DNA of 64,000 bases from Candidatus Omnitrophota bacterium (lineage in GTDB: Bacteria > Omnitrophota > Gorgyraeia > Gorgyraeales > Gorgyraeaceae): contig JAUSEX010000020.1 in NCBI GenBank assembly GCA_030649895.1, positions 23,109-87,108 of the forward strand. The letters run 5' to 3'. Position numbers and translations under genes: made by a program. The notes under the pieces were generated by a model, which searched no databases, was not told the origin of the DNA, and saw only the letters and a program-made list of their open reading frames with translations. Shown piece by piece: positions 20,226-30,411 of this stretch (position 1 is the stretch's first letter; every line of letters starts with the position of its first letter).

Positions 20226-20852
20226 ATGAAAAAACGTATAGCTAGGATAGCCAGAAAAACTAAAGAAACCAATATAGTCGTTAAACTATCTATTGATGGC
20301 AAAGGTGAGTCGGATATTAAAACAGGCGTGGGTTTCCTGGATCATATGCTTACGCTTTTTGCGAAACATGGCTTCTTTGACCTGGAGATATCCGCTAAAG
20401 GCGACCTGGACGTGGATATTCATCATACCAATGAAGACGTGGGCATCACGCTCGGAAGCGCATTTAAAAAAGCCCTTGGGGATAAAAAAAGCATAACCAG
20501 GTTCGGGGATAGTTTTGTCCCTATGGACGGTTGTCTCGTGAGGGTAGTCGCGGATATAAGCAACAGGCCGTCTTTGCATATACACTATAAAACAAAACGC
20601 GACATAGAGAACCTGTTAACCAATCTTGCGATAGGCGATAGCGTAAAATACTCTTTTGTTAATCTGGAACAATTCAGCCAGGCGTTTGTCGCGAATGCGG
20701 GCATTAATATGCATATAGAAATTCTCGCGTTTGATAAGGACCTGCATCATTTAATAGAGGCTGTTTTTAAGGCAATGGGCCGTTCTCTTGACGAGGCGAC
20801 TCAGATTGATAAGAGGGCAAAAGGCGTTCCGTCTACCAAGGGCAAGCTTTAA
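20226..20852 (+). CDS. hisB: Imidazoleglycerol-phosphate dehydratase
   Basis: RKTKETNIVVKLSIDG...GFLDHMLTLFAKHG...DIHHTNEDVGITLG are IGPD signature motifs. Confidence 0.9.
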   Translation: MKKRIARIARKTKETNIVVKLSIDGKGESDIKTGVGFLDHMLTLFAKHGFFDLEISAKGDLDVDIHHTNEDVGITLGSAFKKALGDKKSITRFGDSFVPMDGCLVRVVADISNRPSLHIHYKTKRDIENLLTNLAIGDSVKYSFVNLEQFSQAFVANAGINMHIEILAFDKDLHHLIEAVFKAMGRSLDEATQIDKRAKGVPSTKGKL

Positions 20853-20853
20853 G

Positions 20854-21468
20854 ATGATAGTTATTATTGATTACGGGATGGGGAATTTAAGGAGCGTTCA
20901 GAAGGCGTTTGAAAGATTCTGTTCAAATGTTATAGTGAGCCGGTCTGCGAAGGATATTCAAAAGGCGGATAAGATAGTATTGCCAGGCGTAGGGGCTTTT
21001 AAGGTGGCAATGGATGAGCTGGAGAAAAGAGATTTAGTGGGGCCGATAAAAGATTCAATAAAAAATGGCAGGCCTTTTTTAGGCATATGCCTTGGGCTGC
21101 AGCTCTTGTTTTCCGAGAGCGAAGAGGGCGGGAAGATAAAAGGCCTGGATATAATAAAGGGCAAGGTTAAGAGATTTAGAGAACAACGCGGATTAAAGAT
21201 ACCGCATATGGGGTGGAATAATATTAAGCTTAATGCTAAATGCTCGAGGCTCAAGGCGATGAATGAAATCAAGAGCGGGAGTTATATGTATTTTGTGCAC
21301 TCGTATTATGCGGCGCCGAAAGACAAAAAAGTGATTTTATGCGAAACAGATTATGGCGGAAACTTTACCTCGGGCATTCATAAAGATAATGTATACGGTT
21401 TTCAATTTCATCCTGAAAAAAGCCAGGGAGCTGGTCTAAAGATAATAGAAAACTTCGTTGATTTGTGA
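20854..21468 (+). CDS. hisH: Imidazole glycerol phosphate synthase glutaminase subunit
   Basis: MIVIIDYGMGNLRSV...LPGVGAF...GICLGLQLLF (Cys nucleophile)...HPEKS are class I glutamine amidotransferase motifs. The ORF track begins earlier at an internal Met; ATG 20854 follows the hisB stop. Confidence 0.9.
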   Translation: MIVIIDYGMGNLRSVQKAFERFCSNVIVSRSAKDIQKADKIVLPGVGAFKVAMDELEKRDLVGPIKDSIKNGRPFLGICLGLQLLFSESEEGGKIKGLDIIKGKVKRFREQRGLKIPHMGWNNIKLNAKCSRLKAMNEIKSGSYMYFVHSYYAAPKDKKVILCETDYGGNFTSGIHKDNVYGFQFHPEKSQGAGLKIIENFVDL

Positions 21469-21473
21469 CCGAA

Positions 21474-21517
21474 TCCCGTTCGTCGATCGGGAACTATTTC
21501 CCGATCGACGAACGGGA
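21474..21517. repeat. Palindromic element of the same CCCGTTCG/CGAACGGG family in the hisH-hisA spacer
   Basis: TCCCGTTCGTCGATCGGGAA-CTATT-TCCCGATCGACGAACGGGA is an 18-bp perfect IR with a 5-nt loop. Confidence 0.75.
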
Positions 21518-21528
21518 TAGGTGTAAAT

Positions 21529-22257
21529 ATGATAATAATACCAGCGATAGACATTATTGGCGGCAAGGTTGTAAGGCTTGAAAAAGGCGATTTTGGCAAA
21601 GAGAAGGTTTACGCTTTAGATCCCGTGGAAACTGCAAGAGTGTGGGAATCCAAAGGCGCAGAATTTTTGCACATAGTTGATCTGGACGGGGCAAAAGAAG
21701 GCAAAATAAAAAACGCCAAGCTGGTGGTTAAAATCATAGAAGCCGTAAAGATACCATGTGAAATAGGCGGCGGCTTAAGGGATATAAGCGACATAGAGTA
21801 TTTTTTGAAAAAAGGGGCGGCTCGCGCAGTGGTCGGCACAAAGGCCTTTGAAGACACCGAATATTTCGAGAAGATTGTGCATAAATTTAATAAAAGAATA
21901 GTCGTTAGCGTGGATTTTTCAGATAACAAGGTTGTAAAAAAAGGCTGGCAGGAAAAGATAGACCTGAAACCGCTGGATGCCATCAGGTCCATGGAAAAGA
22001 TAGGCGTGGCGAGGATCGTGGTTACTGATATTAAGACGGACGGGATGCTGAAAGGCCCGAACTTAAAAAGATTAAGAGAGATTCTTGGCGCGACAAAGAT
22101 TTTAATAATAGCGTCCGGAGGCATTTCGTCTTTGGAAGACATAAAAGAGCTTAAGGAAATAAAAAACAATAGATTAGAGGGCGTTATTATCGGCAAGGCG
22201 CTGTACGAGGGCAGGATGGACCTGCGGAAAGCCATAGAGATCGCGAGACAACGATGA
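21529..22257 (+). CDS. hisA: ProFAR isomerase
   Basis: IIPAIDIIGGKVVRLEKGDF and (beta/alpha)8 HisA motifs. Confidence 0.9.
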   Translation: MIIIPAIDIIGGKVVRLEKGDFGKEKVYALDPVETARVWESKGAEFLHIVDLDGAKEGKIKNAKLVVKIIEAVKIPCEIGGGLRDISDIEYFLKKGAARAVVGTKAFEDTEYFEKIVHKFNKRIVVSVDFSDNKVVKKGWQEKIDLKPLDAIRSMEKIGVARIVVTDIKTDGMLKGPNLKRLREILGATKILIIASGGISSLEDIKELKEIKNNRLEGVIIGKALYEGRMDLRKAIEIARQR

Positions 22258-22304
22258 ACCTCGTTGGTTCTGCGTAACATTCCGCGCAGTTTAGCGGCAC
22301 CAAT

Positions 22305-23063
22305 ATGTTAACTAAGCGTATAATCCCATGTTTAGATGTTAAAAATGGCAGGGTTGTTAAAGGCGTAAAATTCCTGAATCTTAGGGACGCAGGAGACCCT
22401 GTCGAGGTTGCCCAGCTTTATGACAAAGAAGGGGCCGATGAGATAATATTTTTAGATATCACGGCTAGTTTCGAAAAAAGAAATATAATGCTGGATGTTG
22501 TAAAGAGGACCGCGGAGACTGTTTTTATGCCATTGACTGTGGGCGGAGGCATACGGAATTTAGAAGATATAAGGCAGTTGTTAAAGGCAGGGGCTGACAA
22601 GGTTTCTATAAATACGGCTGCTGTAAAAGACGTCAGGCTTGTAAAAAAAGCCAGCGAAAAATTCGGCAGCCAGTGTATAGTAGTTGCAATAGACGCCAAA
22701 AGAAGCGAAAAAGGGAAATGGGAAGTTTACATACACGGGGGCAGGACCTCTACCGGTATAGACGCTATTGAATGGGGCAAGAAAGTGGAAAAGATGGGCG
22801 CAGGAGAAATACTTCTTACAAGCATGGATATGGACGGCACAAAAGATGGTTATGATATAGAGCTTACAAGGAAATTTTCAGAAAGCTTGAATATTCCTAT
22901 AATAGCTTCAGGCGGGGCAGGAAACCTGGAGCACATATACAACGCGTTTACAAAAGGCAAAGCAGACGCAGCTCTTGCAGCGTCTATATTTCATTATAAG
23001 GAATATTCAATCATAGAAGTTAAGGAATATCTAAAAGAGAGAAAGGTGAGAGTGAGGGCATGA
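22305..23063 (+). CDS. hisF: Imidazole glycerol phosphate synthase cyclase subunit
   Basis: [19 protein letters not shown]...VGGGIR...ASGGAG are HisF motifs. Confidence 0.95.
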   Translation: MLTKRIIPCLDVKNGRVVKGVKFLNLRDAGDPVEVAQLYDKEGADEIIFLDITASFEKRNIMLDVVKRTAETVFMPLTVGGGIRNLEDIRQLLKAGADKVSINTAAVKDVRLVKKASEKFGSQCIVVAIDAKRSEKGKWEVYIHGGRTSTGIDAIEWGKKVEKMGAGEILLTSMDMDGTKDGYDIELTRKFSESLNIPIIASGGAGNLEHIYNAFTKGKADAALAASIFHYKEYSIIEVKEYLKERKVRVRA

Positions 23064-23404
23064 AGAGCTTAGGGTTTAAGGTTGAAGGCTTAAAGTTTGA
23101 CAAGGACGGATTGATCCCTGCGATAGTGCAGGAATATGAGACCGGAGAGGTCTTGATGCTGGCGTATATGAATAAGGATTCCCTGAAGAAGACATTAAGG
23201 CTTAAAAAGACATGTTTCTGGTCAAGGTCCAGGCAAAAATTCTGGATAAAAGGAGAAACCTCTGGAAATTTTCAGGTTGTTAAGGCGGTTTATTATGATT
23301 GCGACATGGATACCCTGCTTATCAAAGTAAGGCAGATGGGAGATTGTGTCGCGTGTCATACGGGAAACAAGAGTTGTTTCTACCGTAAAATAAAAACTGC
23401 ATAG
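23060..23404 (+). CDS. hisI: Phosphoribosyl-AMP cyclohydrolase
   Basis: 114-aa protein with GLIPAIVQ...[17 protein letters not shown]...CDMDTLL...CH is HisI-like. Overlaps hisF by 4 nt. Confidence 0.85.
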   Translation: MKSLGFKVEGLKFDKDGLIPAIVQEYETGEVLMLAYMNKDSLKKTLRLKKTCFWSRSRQKFWIKGETSGNFQVVKAVYYDCDMDTLLIKVRQMGDCVACHTGNKSCFYRKIKTA

Positions 23405-23411
23405 ATAGCGG

Positions 23412-24929
23412 TTGGAGCGGTTGAAAATGCATTATCCGTCAAAACAAGAATTTGTAAAATTAGCTGAGAAAGCTAATATAATACCTGTCTATAAAGAAAT
23501 ATTGGCAGATACATTGACGCCTGTTTCCGCCTTTCAGAAAATAGGCGGAGGATATTCGTATCTGCTGGAGTCTGTCGAAGGCCAGGAGAAGATAGCAAGA
23601 TTTTCATTTATAGGCATAGAGCCTTCTCTGATATTAAAAAGCAAAGGGAATTCTATCGAGATAAATAAAAACGGCAGGGTTAAAAAATATTTTACAGACG
23701 ATCCGTTAAAAGAAATTGAGAAAGTAATGAGTTCTTTTAAGGCAGCTGAAGTAAAAGGTCTTCCGAGGTTTTCAGGAGGCATGGTGGGGTATATGGGGTA
23801 CGATATGGTGAGGTTTTTTGAAAACCTGCCTGATAAAAATCCAGATAACTTAAAGATCCCGGATTCTGTATTCATGATGGCGGATAGCCTCGTGATATTT
23901 GATCACTCTACGCATAAGGTTAAGATAGTGATAAACGCGTATCTGGCTCAGGGCTTCCCCCGGCTTCGCTCGGGACAGGCAAGGCTCAAGGCTCAAGGGA
24001 TATACGAAAAAGCGGTAGAAAAGATAGAAGAGATTATAAAGAAATTAAACAAGCCTGAGAAAAAGCAAAAGGCAAAAATAAAAAGCAAAAAGCGCAAGAT
24101 GGAATCAAACTTTACAAAAAAAGAATTCGAAGGCTTGGTTAAAAGAGCGAAGGAATACATAAGGGCCGGGGATATAATACAGGTTGTGCCGTCGCAAAGA
24201 TTTCATACAAGGCTGAACTGCGGGCCGTTTGATGTTTACCGCTCTCTCAGGTCTTTAAATCCGTCGCCTTACATGTATTATTTAAATTTCGATGAACTGC
24301 AAATCGTAGGGTCGTCTCCTGAGCTTTTAGTAAGGTGCGAGGATGGTATAGTTGAGACCAGGCCCATAGCAGGCACGAGGCCGAGAGGCAGAAGCGAAGC
24401 TGAGGATAAAAAATTAGAGGAAGAACTTTTAGCTGACGCGAAAGAAAGGGCGGAGCATGTGATGCTGGTGGATCTTGGCAGAAATGATATAGGCAGGGTC
24501 TGCAAGCCTGGCAGCGTCAAGGTAACGGATTTTATGTTTATAGAAAAGTATTCTCATGTTATGCATATTGTTAGTAACTGCAAGGGCGTTTTGGATGAGA
24601 ATAAGAATTCGTTTGATGTTTTACGGGCGTGTTTTCCGGCGGGCACCGTATCAGGCGCGCCAAAGGTCAGGGCAATGGAAATAATAGACGAGCTTGAGAA
24701 TACAAGAAGAGGTTATTACGCCGGAGCAGTGGGGTATTTCAGCTTTTCCGGGAATATGGACACATGTATAACTATAAGGACGATGCTAGTCAAAGGGAAA
24801 GATGCTTTTATCCAATCAGGCGGAGGAATAGTGGCTGACTCTATCCCGTCTAAGGAATATCAGGAGACAGTGAATAAAGCAAAAGCAATGGTTAAGGCAA
24901 TTGAGATAGCCGAGAAAGGATTAGATTAA
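23412..24929 (+). CDS. trpE: Anthranilate synthase component I
   Basis: 505-aa chorismate-binding enzyme (SPELLVR...IAGTRPRG...GAVGYF). Carries an in-frame insert of a roughly 50-nt GC-rich repeat at 23948-23999. Confidence 0.9.
   Translation: MERLKMHYPSKQEFVKLAEKANIIPVYKEILADTLTPVSAFQKIGGGYSYLLESVEGQEKIARFSFIGIEPSLILKSKGNSIEINKNGRVKKYFTDDPLKEIEKVMSSFKAAEVKGLPRFSGGMVGYMGYDMVRFFENLPDKNPDNLKIPDSVFMMADSLVIFDHSTHKVKIVINAYLAQGFPRLRSGQARLKAQGIYEKAVEKIEEIIKKLNKPEKKQKAKIKSKKRKMESNFTKKEFEGLVKRAKEYIRAGDIIQVVPSQRFHTRLNCGPFDVYRSLRSLNPSPYMYYLNFDELQIVGSSPELLVRCEDGIVETRPIAGTRPRGRSEAEDKKLEEELLADAKERAEHVMLVDLGRNDIGRVCKPGSVKVTDFMFIEKYSHVMHIVSNCKGVLDENKNSFDVLRACFPAGTVSGAPKVRAMEIIDELENTRRGYYAGAVGYFSFSGNMDTCITIRTMLVKGKDAFIQSGGGIVADSIPSKEYQETVNKAKAMVKAIEIAEKGLD
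23948..23999. repeat. Roughly 50-nt GC-rich mosaic element with GCTCAAG heptamer repeats, in frame in trpE
   Basis: CAGGGCTTCCCCCGGCTTCGCTCGGGACAGGCAAGGCTCAAGGCTCAAGGG is near-identical to 45481-45534 in nadC. Translates [15 protein letters not shown]. Confidence 0.75.
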
Positions 24930-24930
24930 G

Positions 24931-25000
24931 CTTCTCGACTAAGCCGCTTCGTGGCTTCGCTTGAAGAGTGTTGTTCGAGCGAACGAAGCGAGTCGAGAAC
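24931..25000. repeat. REP-like element, copy 3, in the trpE-trpG spacer
   Basis: CTTCTCGACTAAGCCGCTTCGTGGCTTCGCTTGAAGAGTGTTGTTCGAGCGAACGAAGCGAGTCGAGAAC has outer stem TTCTCGACT/AGTCGAGAA and inner arms. Confidence 0.65.
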
Positions 25001-25013
25001 ATAGGAGCAAAAT

Positions 25014-25577
25014 ATGATTTTAATGATAGATAATTATGATTCATTTACCTATAACCTGGTTCAGTATTTGTCTGAGCTGGGAGAAAAACTGGTTGTGCGT
25101 AGGAATGATAAAATAGGTATCGAAGAAATAAAAAAACTGAAGCCTGATCACATAGTGATCTCTCCTGGGCCTGGGAGGCCGAGCGAGGCTGGTATTTCAG
25201 AAGAGGTCATAGGAGAATTCGGGCCAAGGATTCCGCTTCTGGGAGTTTGCCTGGGGCATCAGGGCATAGGAGAGGTTTTTGGCGGCAAGGTTATTCGCGC
25301 GGAGAACCTTATGCACGGCAAAACATCGATGATATACCACAATAGCGACTCGTTGTTTAAAGATGTCTCCAATCCATTCGAGGCAACCAGGTACCACTCA
25401 TTGATAGTTGAAAAAAAATCACTGCCTGATATTTTTCAGGTCATAGCTTGGACAAAGGCTGATGAGATAATGGGTATTAAACATAAAAAATTTCCGATAT
25501 GGGGAGTGCAGTTTCATCCTGAGTCAATATTAACTAAGGAAGGAAAGCAGCTGTTGAAGAATTTTATTAACATATGA
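25014..25577 (+). CDS. trpG: Anthranilate synthase component II (glutamine amidotransferase)
   Basis: MILMIDNYDSFTYNLVQYL...GVCLGHQ...FHPES is the classic TrpG/PabA triad. Confidence 0.9.
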   Translation: MILMIDNYDSFTYNLVQYLSELGEKLVVRRNDKIGIEEIKKLKPDHIVISPGPGRPSEAGISEEVIGEFGPRIPLLGVCLGHQGIGEVFGGKVIRAENLMHGKTSMIYHNSDSLFKDVSNPFEATRYHSLIVEKKSLPDIFQVIAWTKADEIMGIKHKKFPIWGVQFHPESILTKEGKQLLKNFINI

Positions 25578-25636
25578 TACATTTTTCGTTCGGCGATCGG
25601 AACATTATTCTAATCGCCTAATGGAATTAGATCAAA

Positions 25637-26701
25637 ATGGAGATTGTTATGATTCGTGAAGCTATAGGCAAAATAGTAGATGGGTTGGATCTAACGCGAG
25701 ACGAGATGATTTCCTGCATGAATGAAATCATGACTGGCATTGCAACCCAGGCCCAGATAGGAAGTTTTATTACAGCCCTTAGGCTTAAGGGAGAGACAGT
25801 GGAAGAGATTACAGGCGCTGCTATTGTGATGCGGGAAAAAGCTACCAGGATAAACATTGCCGCTAACCTGATAGGCGCAAGCAAGGATGATATAGCTATA
25901 GACAGGGGGACGATTATAGACACATGCGGGACAGGCGGAAGCGGGGTCAATACCTTTAATATTTCAACAACGGTTGCTTTCGTAGTCAGCGGCGCAGGTT
26001 TGAGAGTGGCTAAACATGGAAATCGGGGCGTTTCAAGTGTATGTGGAAGCGCGGATGTCATCAAGGCACTAGGCGTAAACATAGAAATCCCGGCTGAAAA
26101 GGTAAGAGAATGTATAGAAAAGATAGGCATAGGATTTTTATACGCGCCTTCTTTTCATAATGCAATGAAGTTTGCGATAGGGCCCAGGAGAGAGATAGGC
26201 ATAAGGACGATATTCAATATACTCGGCCCTCTTACGAATCCTGCGAATGCCACGTGCCAGGTCCTGGGAGTATATGAAGAAGAGCTTACGGATAAGCTGG
26301 CAAATGTACTTAATAACCTGGGGACTAAAAGGGCGTTTGTTGTATATGGCATGGATGCGCTCGACGAGATAACTATAACAGGCAAAACTAAAATCAGCGA
26401 GCTAAAAAATAAAAAGGTAAAAGGGTATTACATAAAACCTCAGGACTTTGGCATGAAGAGAGCGGATCTCTTAGACATAAAAGGCGGGACTATAGAAGAG
26501 AACGCCGGTATTGTAAAAAAGGTCCTTGAGGGAGAAAAAGGCCCGAGGCAGGATGTAGTGCTGTTAAACGCGTCTGCCGCGCTTATTGCAGGCGGGATGG
26601 CAAAGGATTTTAAAGACGGGATTGAAATAGCCCGGGATTCGATTAAATTCGGCAGGGCAAAAGAGAAACTGGACAAGCTGGTAGAGCTTACAAATAAATA
26701 G
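25637..26701 (+). CDS. trpD: Anthranilate phosphoribosyltransferase
   Basis: IDTCGTGGSGVNTFNISTTVAFVVSGAG..KHGNRGVSS is the TrpD signature. Confidence 0.9.
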   Translation: MEIVMIREAIGKIVDGLDLTRDEMISCMNEIMTGIATQAQIGSFITALRLKGETVEEITGAAIVMREKATRINIAANLIGASKDDIAIDRGTIIDTCGTGGSGVNTFNISTTVAFVVSGAGLRVAKHGNRGVSSVCGSADVIKALGVNIEIPAEKVRECIEKIGIGFLYAPSFHNAMKFAIGPRREIGIRTIFNILGPLTNPANATCQVLGVYEEELTDKLANVLNNLGTKRAFVVYGMDALDEITITGKTKISELKNKKVKGYYIKPQDFGMKRADLLDIKGGTIEENAGIVKKVLEGEKGPRQDVVLLNASAALIAGGMAKDFKDGIEIARDSIKFGRAKEKLDKLVELTNK

Positions 26702-26704
26702 TTT

Positions 26705-26790
26705 GGTTCTCGACTTGGCCTTTGGCCTTGCTCGAACAATATTTTTCGAGAGGATATTTTCGATTATACATGTAAGCCTAGTCGAAAAGA
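26705..26790. repeat. REP-like element, copy 4, in the trpD-trpC spacer
   Basis: GGTTCTCGACTTGGCCTTTGGCCTTGCTCGAACAATATTTTTCGAG...GCCTAGTCGAAAAG. The track ORF 26703-26903 here is an artefact of the repeat. Confidence 0.7.
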
Positions 26791-26796
26791 CAAGAT

Positions 26797-27594
26797 ATGA
26801 AAAATTTTCTGCAGAATATAATTATATTAAAGAGAAAAGAAATAGAAGCGTTAAAATCCAAAAGGCCTATTACGGAATTCATCGATTCAAAGCGTCTCTC
26901 TAGGGGTATAAGGCCGTTCAAAGAAGCTATCTCCGGAGGGGACGGCCTGAATCTTATCGCAGAGATAAAAAAGAAATCTCCTTCTTTCGGGAGGAATTTT
27001 TTCAGAAAACTGGACATAGCAGGAATAGCCAATACCTATAAAAAAGAAGGCGCCAGCGCCATGTCGGTCTTAACGGATAAGAAGTTTTTCAGCGGGAACA
27101 TCCTGCATATAAACGAAGTGAAGCGCGCCGTAGACCTCCCTGTACTGAGAAAGGATTTTATAATAGATGAATACCAGGTTTACGAGTCCCGTTATTTCGG
27201 CGCGGACGCGATACTTTTGATCGCCAGGATCTTATCAGTGGACCAGATAAAGAGTTTTATGCTTCTCGCGAAAAAGATTAATATGGACGCCATTGTAGAG
27301 ATCCATAATGAGAATGACTTGCAGAAGGCTTTATTGGCCAGTCCGGAGATAATAGGCGTGAACAACAGAGACCTGGACACTATGGAGATATCCATAGAAA
27401 ACACCTTAAGGCTTGTTCCTAAGATTCCTAAAGAGATAGTGACGGTAAGCGAAAGCGGTATATCCAACAATGAAGACATAGAGAAAATAAAGAAAACAGG
27501 GGTAAGCGCGGTATTGATAGGCGCGGCATTTCTTGAATCAGAGGATATAGCGGGCAGGGTGCGAAAGGTGATGGGTAATGAGAGTAAGGGTTAA
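26797..27594 (+). CDS. trpC: Indole-3-glycerol phosphate synthase
   Basis: IAEIKKKSPS...LRKDFIIDEYQVYESR...NNRDL motifs of IGPS. Confidence 0.9.
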   Translation: MKNFLQNIIILKRKEIEALKSKRPITEFIDSKRLSRGIRPFKEAISGGDGLNLIAEIKKKSPSFGRNFFRKLDIAGIANTYKKEGASAMSVLTDKKFFSGNILHINEVKRAVDLPVLRKDFIIDEYQVYESRYFGADAILLIARILSVDQIKSFMLLAKKINMDAIVEIHNENDLQKALLASPEIIGVNNRDLDTMEISIENTLRLVPKIPKEIVTVSESGISNNEDIEKIKKTGVSAVLIGAAFLESEDIAGRVRKVMGNESKG

Positions 27595-28225
27595 ATTTTG
27601 CGGGATAACGTCGGTTGAAGACCGCGACAGCGCAATAAGCGCGGGCGCTGATGCGATAGGGATTGTGTTTTTTAAAGATAGCCCTCGTTTTGTGCCATTG
27701 GAAAGAGCGGAGATAATAGTAAAGGATCTGCCGCCTTTTATAAGCGCGGTAGGCGTTTTTGTTAATGAAGATTTGAGGTTTATAGAAGAATGCGTGGAGA
27801 GGTGCAGCCTGAACGCCGTGCAGATACACGGCGATGAAGACGTTCAATATTGTTTAAAGTTTAAAGGTTTAAAATTGAGAGGCGTAAAACTAATAAAGGC
27901 TATAAGAGTCAAGGATTGGGAAAGCCTGGCAGCTATAGAAGATTGCCCCGCTGACGCTTTTATATTGGACGCATATAAAAAAGGCTTGTATGGCGGCACA
28001 GGAAAAGGCTTTGATCCTTCGCTGGCTACCATAGCAAATGAATACGGGAGAAATATTATCATATCAGGCGGGTTAAACCCTGATAATGTGTATAGTATAA
28101 TAAAGGAAGCAAAGCCTTACGGAGTGGATGTTTCCTCTGGTATTGAATCCTCTCCAGGGAAGAAAAACATAGAATTAATGGAGCGGTTCACAGTAGAAGT
28201 CAGGCTCGCAGAACAAGAAATATAA
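27578..28225 (+). CDS. trpF: Phosphoribosylanthranilate isomerase
   Basis: VKFCGITSVED...VQIHGDE...SGGLNPDNV. Overlaps trpC by 17 nt. Confidence 0.85.
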   Translation: MRVRVKFCGITSVEDRDSAISAGADAIGIVFFKDSPRFVPLERAEIIVKDLPPFISAVGVFVNEDLRFIEECVERCSLNAVQIHGDEDVQYCLKFKGLKLRGVKLIKAIRVKDWESLAAIEDCPADAFILDAYKKGLYGGTGKGFDPSLATIANEYGRNIIISGGLNPDNVYSIIKEAKPYGVDVSSGIESSPGKKNIELMERFTVEVRLAEQEI

Positions 28226-28485
28226 CCTTATCTAACGCAGTATATTAATCATACCCAAAATTGCCGGAATTCCCTCGCCGCAAACATAAATAGTCATAAT
28301 ATGGAAAAACTGGCTCGGTCAGTTCCGCCATTTGCTCGCTGTAATTTCTTGCGGACTTTTGCCGAAATTTTTCTAATGCGCCTCAGACCTGCTTGACAGG
28401 ACGAGTGACCCTTCGACAAGCTCAGGGTTCTTGGTCCCGAGCAAAGCTGGGGCGTCTTTTCGTAGGCCTAGTGGTAGGAAAGACA

Positions 28486-28513
28486 ATAAGCTGACTTGAC
28501 AAACCGCATAAGA
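28486..28513 (+). promoter_or_regulatory. Sigma-70-like promoter for the downstream nine-gene operon: TTGACA, 16 nt, TATACT
   Basis: TTGACA at 28486-28491 and TATACT at 28508-28513. Lies in a 340-nt noncoding gap after trpF and about 50 nt upstream of the GTG of the HTH gene. A second TTGACA lies near 28395. Confidence 0.35.
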
Positions 28514-28563
28514 TCATTATACTTCTTTATACTGCGACTTAAAGAGATATAAAGGGGTTTAAC

Positions 28564-28758
28564 GTGACTAAAGCCAAGCAGGTAATGACGGTTAAGGAAA
28601 TAGCGGAATATCTGGGCGTGCACCCTATGACAATATACAAGTATGTCAAGGACGGCAAGATCCCTGCTTTTAAAATAGGGACGAGCTGGCGTATTAGGAG
28701 AGATTCCATAAAGAAATGGATGGATGAGAATGAATACAAAAACCAGGGAGGTGTTTAA
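28564..28758 (+). CDS. Excisionase-family helix-turn-helix DNA-binding protein (putative transcriptional regulator)
   Basis: 64-aa protein. MTVKEIAEYLGVHPMTIYKYVKDGKIPAFKIGTSWRIRRDSI matches the MerR-superfamily excisionase-type HTH. GTG start with AAGGGG Shine-Dalgarno. The stop abuts the ATG of the next gene. Confidence 0.6.
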   Translation: MTKAKQVMTVKEIAEYLGVHPMTIYKYVKDGKIPAFKIGTSWRIRRDSIKKWMDENEYKNQGGV

Positions 28759-30054
28759 ATGTTTAAGCGGGCTGCGATTGTCGCGTTTTTATCTTTTATC
28801 TTAACGGTTTTATCTTGCAGCGCTGTTTTTGCGAATGGTTTTAAGAATGACGCGCTTTTGGACACAGAAGCTACTGGTATGGCTACTTTATTTGTGGCGC
28901 AGGCAGATTCTCCTGCGGCAGTGCAGTTTAACCCAGCCGGACTTACTCAATTAAAAGGAAATCATGCAAGGGTGGGATATACCAGCGCAATCCCAAGGAA
29001 TTTCCGTACGGATACAAGCGGCAATGATCAAAGCAGCTCGCAAATAGACAATTTTTTCATACCTAGTATTTATCTTGTAAATAACTTGAAATCTGAAAAT
29101 TGGAAATTTGGTTTAGGCGTGACATCGCCTTACGGCCTTGGGACAGACTGGGCAGATGACAGTTTTGCAAGATTTCAGACCACAGAATCCAGTTTACAGG
29201 TTTTGCAGATAAACCCGACAATTGCGTATAAATATAATAATACGATTTCTCTTGGGTTTGGGATAGATTATATAATGTCAGAGACATCGAGTCATAAAAG
29301 AATAGCGGATACTACGGGTTTAGGGGATTTTCACGCAAAAGGTAACGATGATGGTTGGGGTTATAATTTAGGACTTCTTGTTAAGCCTTCGGAAAAATAT
29401 AGCATTGGGGTTGCTTATAGAAGCAGAGTAAAGCTTACCTATAAAGGCACTATTTCTATGACTAACTTGTCTAGCGGCATATACGGGTCCGGTGGTTTAG
29501 GATATTTCCCGAATGATACTTATGTAACAGGCATGGAATCCAGGCTTACCCTGCCTCAGACTCTTGCGTTAGGTTATGCGTTCAAACCGGATCAAAAATT
29601 AACAATAGAAACCGATGCCATATGGACAGATTGGTCTAGCGTACAAGAAGATTTCGCGAAATATACTGAAGAAGGAGATGCAAATCGATTAGCTGTTCTA
29701 AATGACGGTAATCCATTGGCAAAGGACTGGAATGCAACTATGTCATATGGTATAGCTGCTAAGTATCAGGCTACTGATAAATTGGTTTTAAGGTGCGGAT
29801 ATTTATATGCGGAAACACCTGTGCCTGCTGCTAATTTTGAGCCTTCCATGGTTGACATGGATATGCACTGCGTTAGCGTGGGAGCGGGATATGCTCTGAA
29901 AAAAGACCTTACTGTTGATGCTGCGTACTTCGGAGGATTTTATAAGGATAGATATATTACAAATGACATAGCCCTTTCTAGCGGTTCTGATTTAGACGGC
30001 ATGTATGAATCGTATGTAAATGTCTTTTCAGTAAGCTTCACTTATAAATATTGA
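28759..30054 (+). CDS. FadL/OMPP1/TodX-family outer-membrane transporter for hydrophobic compounds
   Basis: Signal peptide, N-terminal hatch with the NPAGL motif, amphipathic beta-strand-rich sequence, C-terminal aromatic residues ...FTYKY typical of an OM beta-barrel. Confidence 0.7.
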   Translation: MFKRAAIVAFLSFILTVLSCSAVFANGFKNDALLDTEATGMATLFVAQADSPAAVQFNPAGLTQLKGNHARVGYTSAIPRNFRTDTSGNDQSSSQIDNFFIPSIYLVNNLKSENWKFGLGVTSPYGLGTDWADDSFARFQTTESSLQVLQINPTIAYKYNNTISLGFGIDYIMSETSSHKRIADTTGLGDFHAKGNDDGWGYNLGLLVKPSEKYSIGVAYRSRVKLTYKGTISMTNLSSGIYGSGGLGYFPNDTYVTGMESRLTLPQTLALGYAFKPDQKLTIETDAIWTDWSSVQEDFAKYTEEGDANRLAVLNDGNPLAKDWNATMSYGIAAKYQATDKLVLRCGYLYAETPVPAANFEPSMVDMDMHCVSVGAGYALKKDLTVDAAYFGGFYKDRYITNDIALSSGSDLDGMYESYVNVFSVSFTYKY

Positions 30055-30064
30055 TAATAGAATA

Positions 30065-30343
30065 ATGAAAAAAGCTAAAGATCTGAAGATAGCTGAATTA
30101 TCAAAGAAGAGGGAGAGCGTCAAGAAGTTAATAGCCGAAATCGCCAGGATGGATGCAGACAAGATAGATGAGAGCGATGGCATCAGGGATGATTTAGGCA
30201 TTGACTCCCTGATGGCAGTTGAGATGCTGGCAGCGATCGAAAAGAGATTGGGCGTTGTTATGGATGAAGCAAAGGCGTTTGACATAGTGACAGTAAAGGA
30301 TCTTATAGATCTTGTAATGGAGTGGTTTAAAAACAAAAGGTAA
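30065..30343 (+). CDS. Dedicated acyl carrier protein
   Basis: 92-aa protein with phosphopantetheine attachment motif LGIDSLMAVEM. Not the housekeeping acpP context. Confidence 0.8.
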   Translation: MKKAKDLKIAELSKKRESVKKLIAEIARMDADKIDESDGIRDDLGIDSLMAVEMLAAIEKRLGVVMDEAKAFDIVTVKDLIDLVMEWFKNKR

Positions 30344-30411
30344 GATATATAAAACCGTAATTAACCGTGTAGGTTGCGCGCGACAAACCTATGCGGTTGG
30401 GGTGGTAAAAG

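Noticed and set aside
26703-26903. 66-aa ORF between trpD and trpC
   Set aside because: Its N-terminus (MVLDLAFGLARTIFFER) is simply the translation of the REP-like repeat, and it overlaps the real trpC start. Annotation artefact.
28226-28485. Small ncRNA or riboswitch in the trpF-to-operon spacer
   Set aside because: Only promoter-like hexamers and weak imperfect hairpins could be seen, with no recognisable conserved RNA core. It is retained only as a promoter region.
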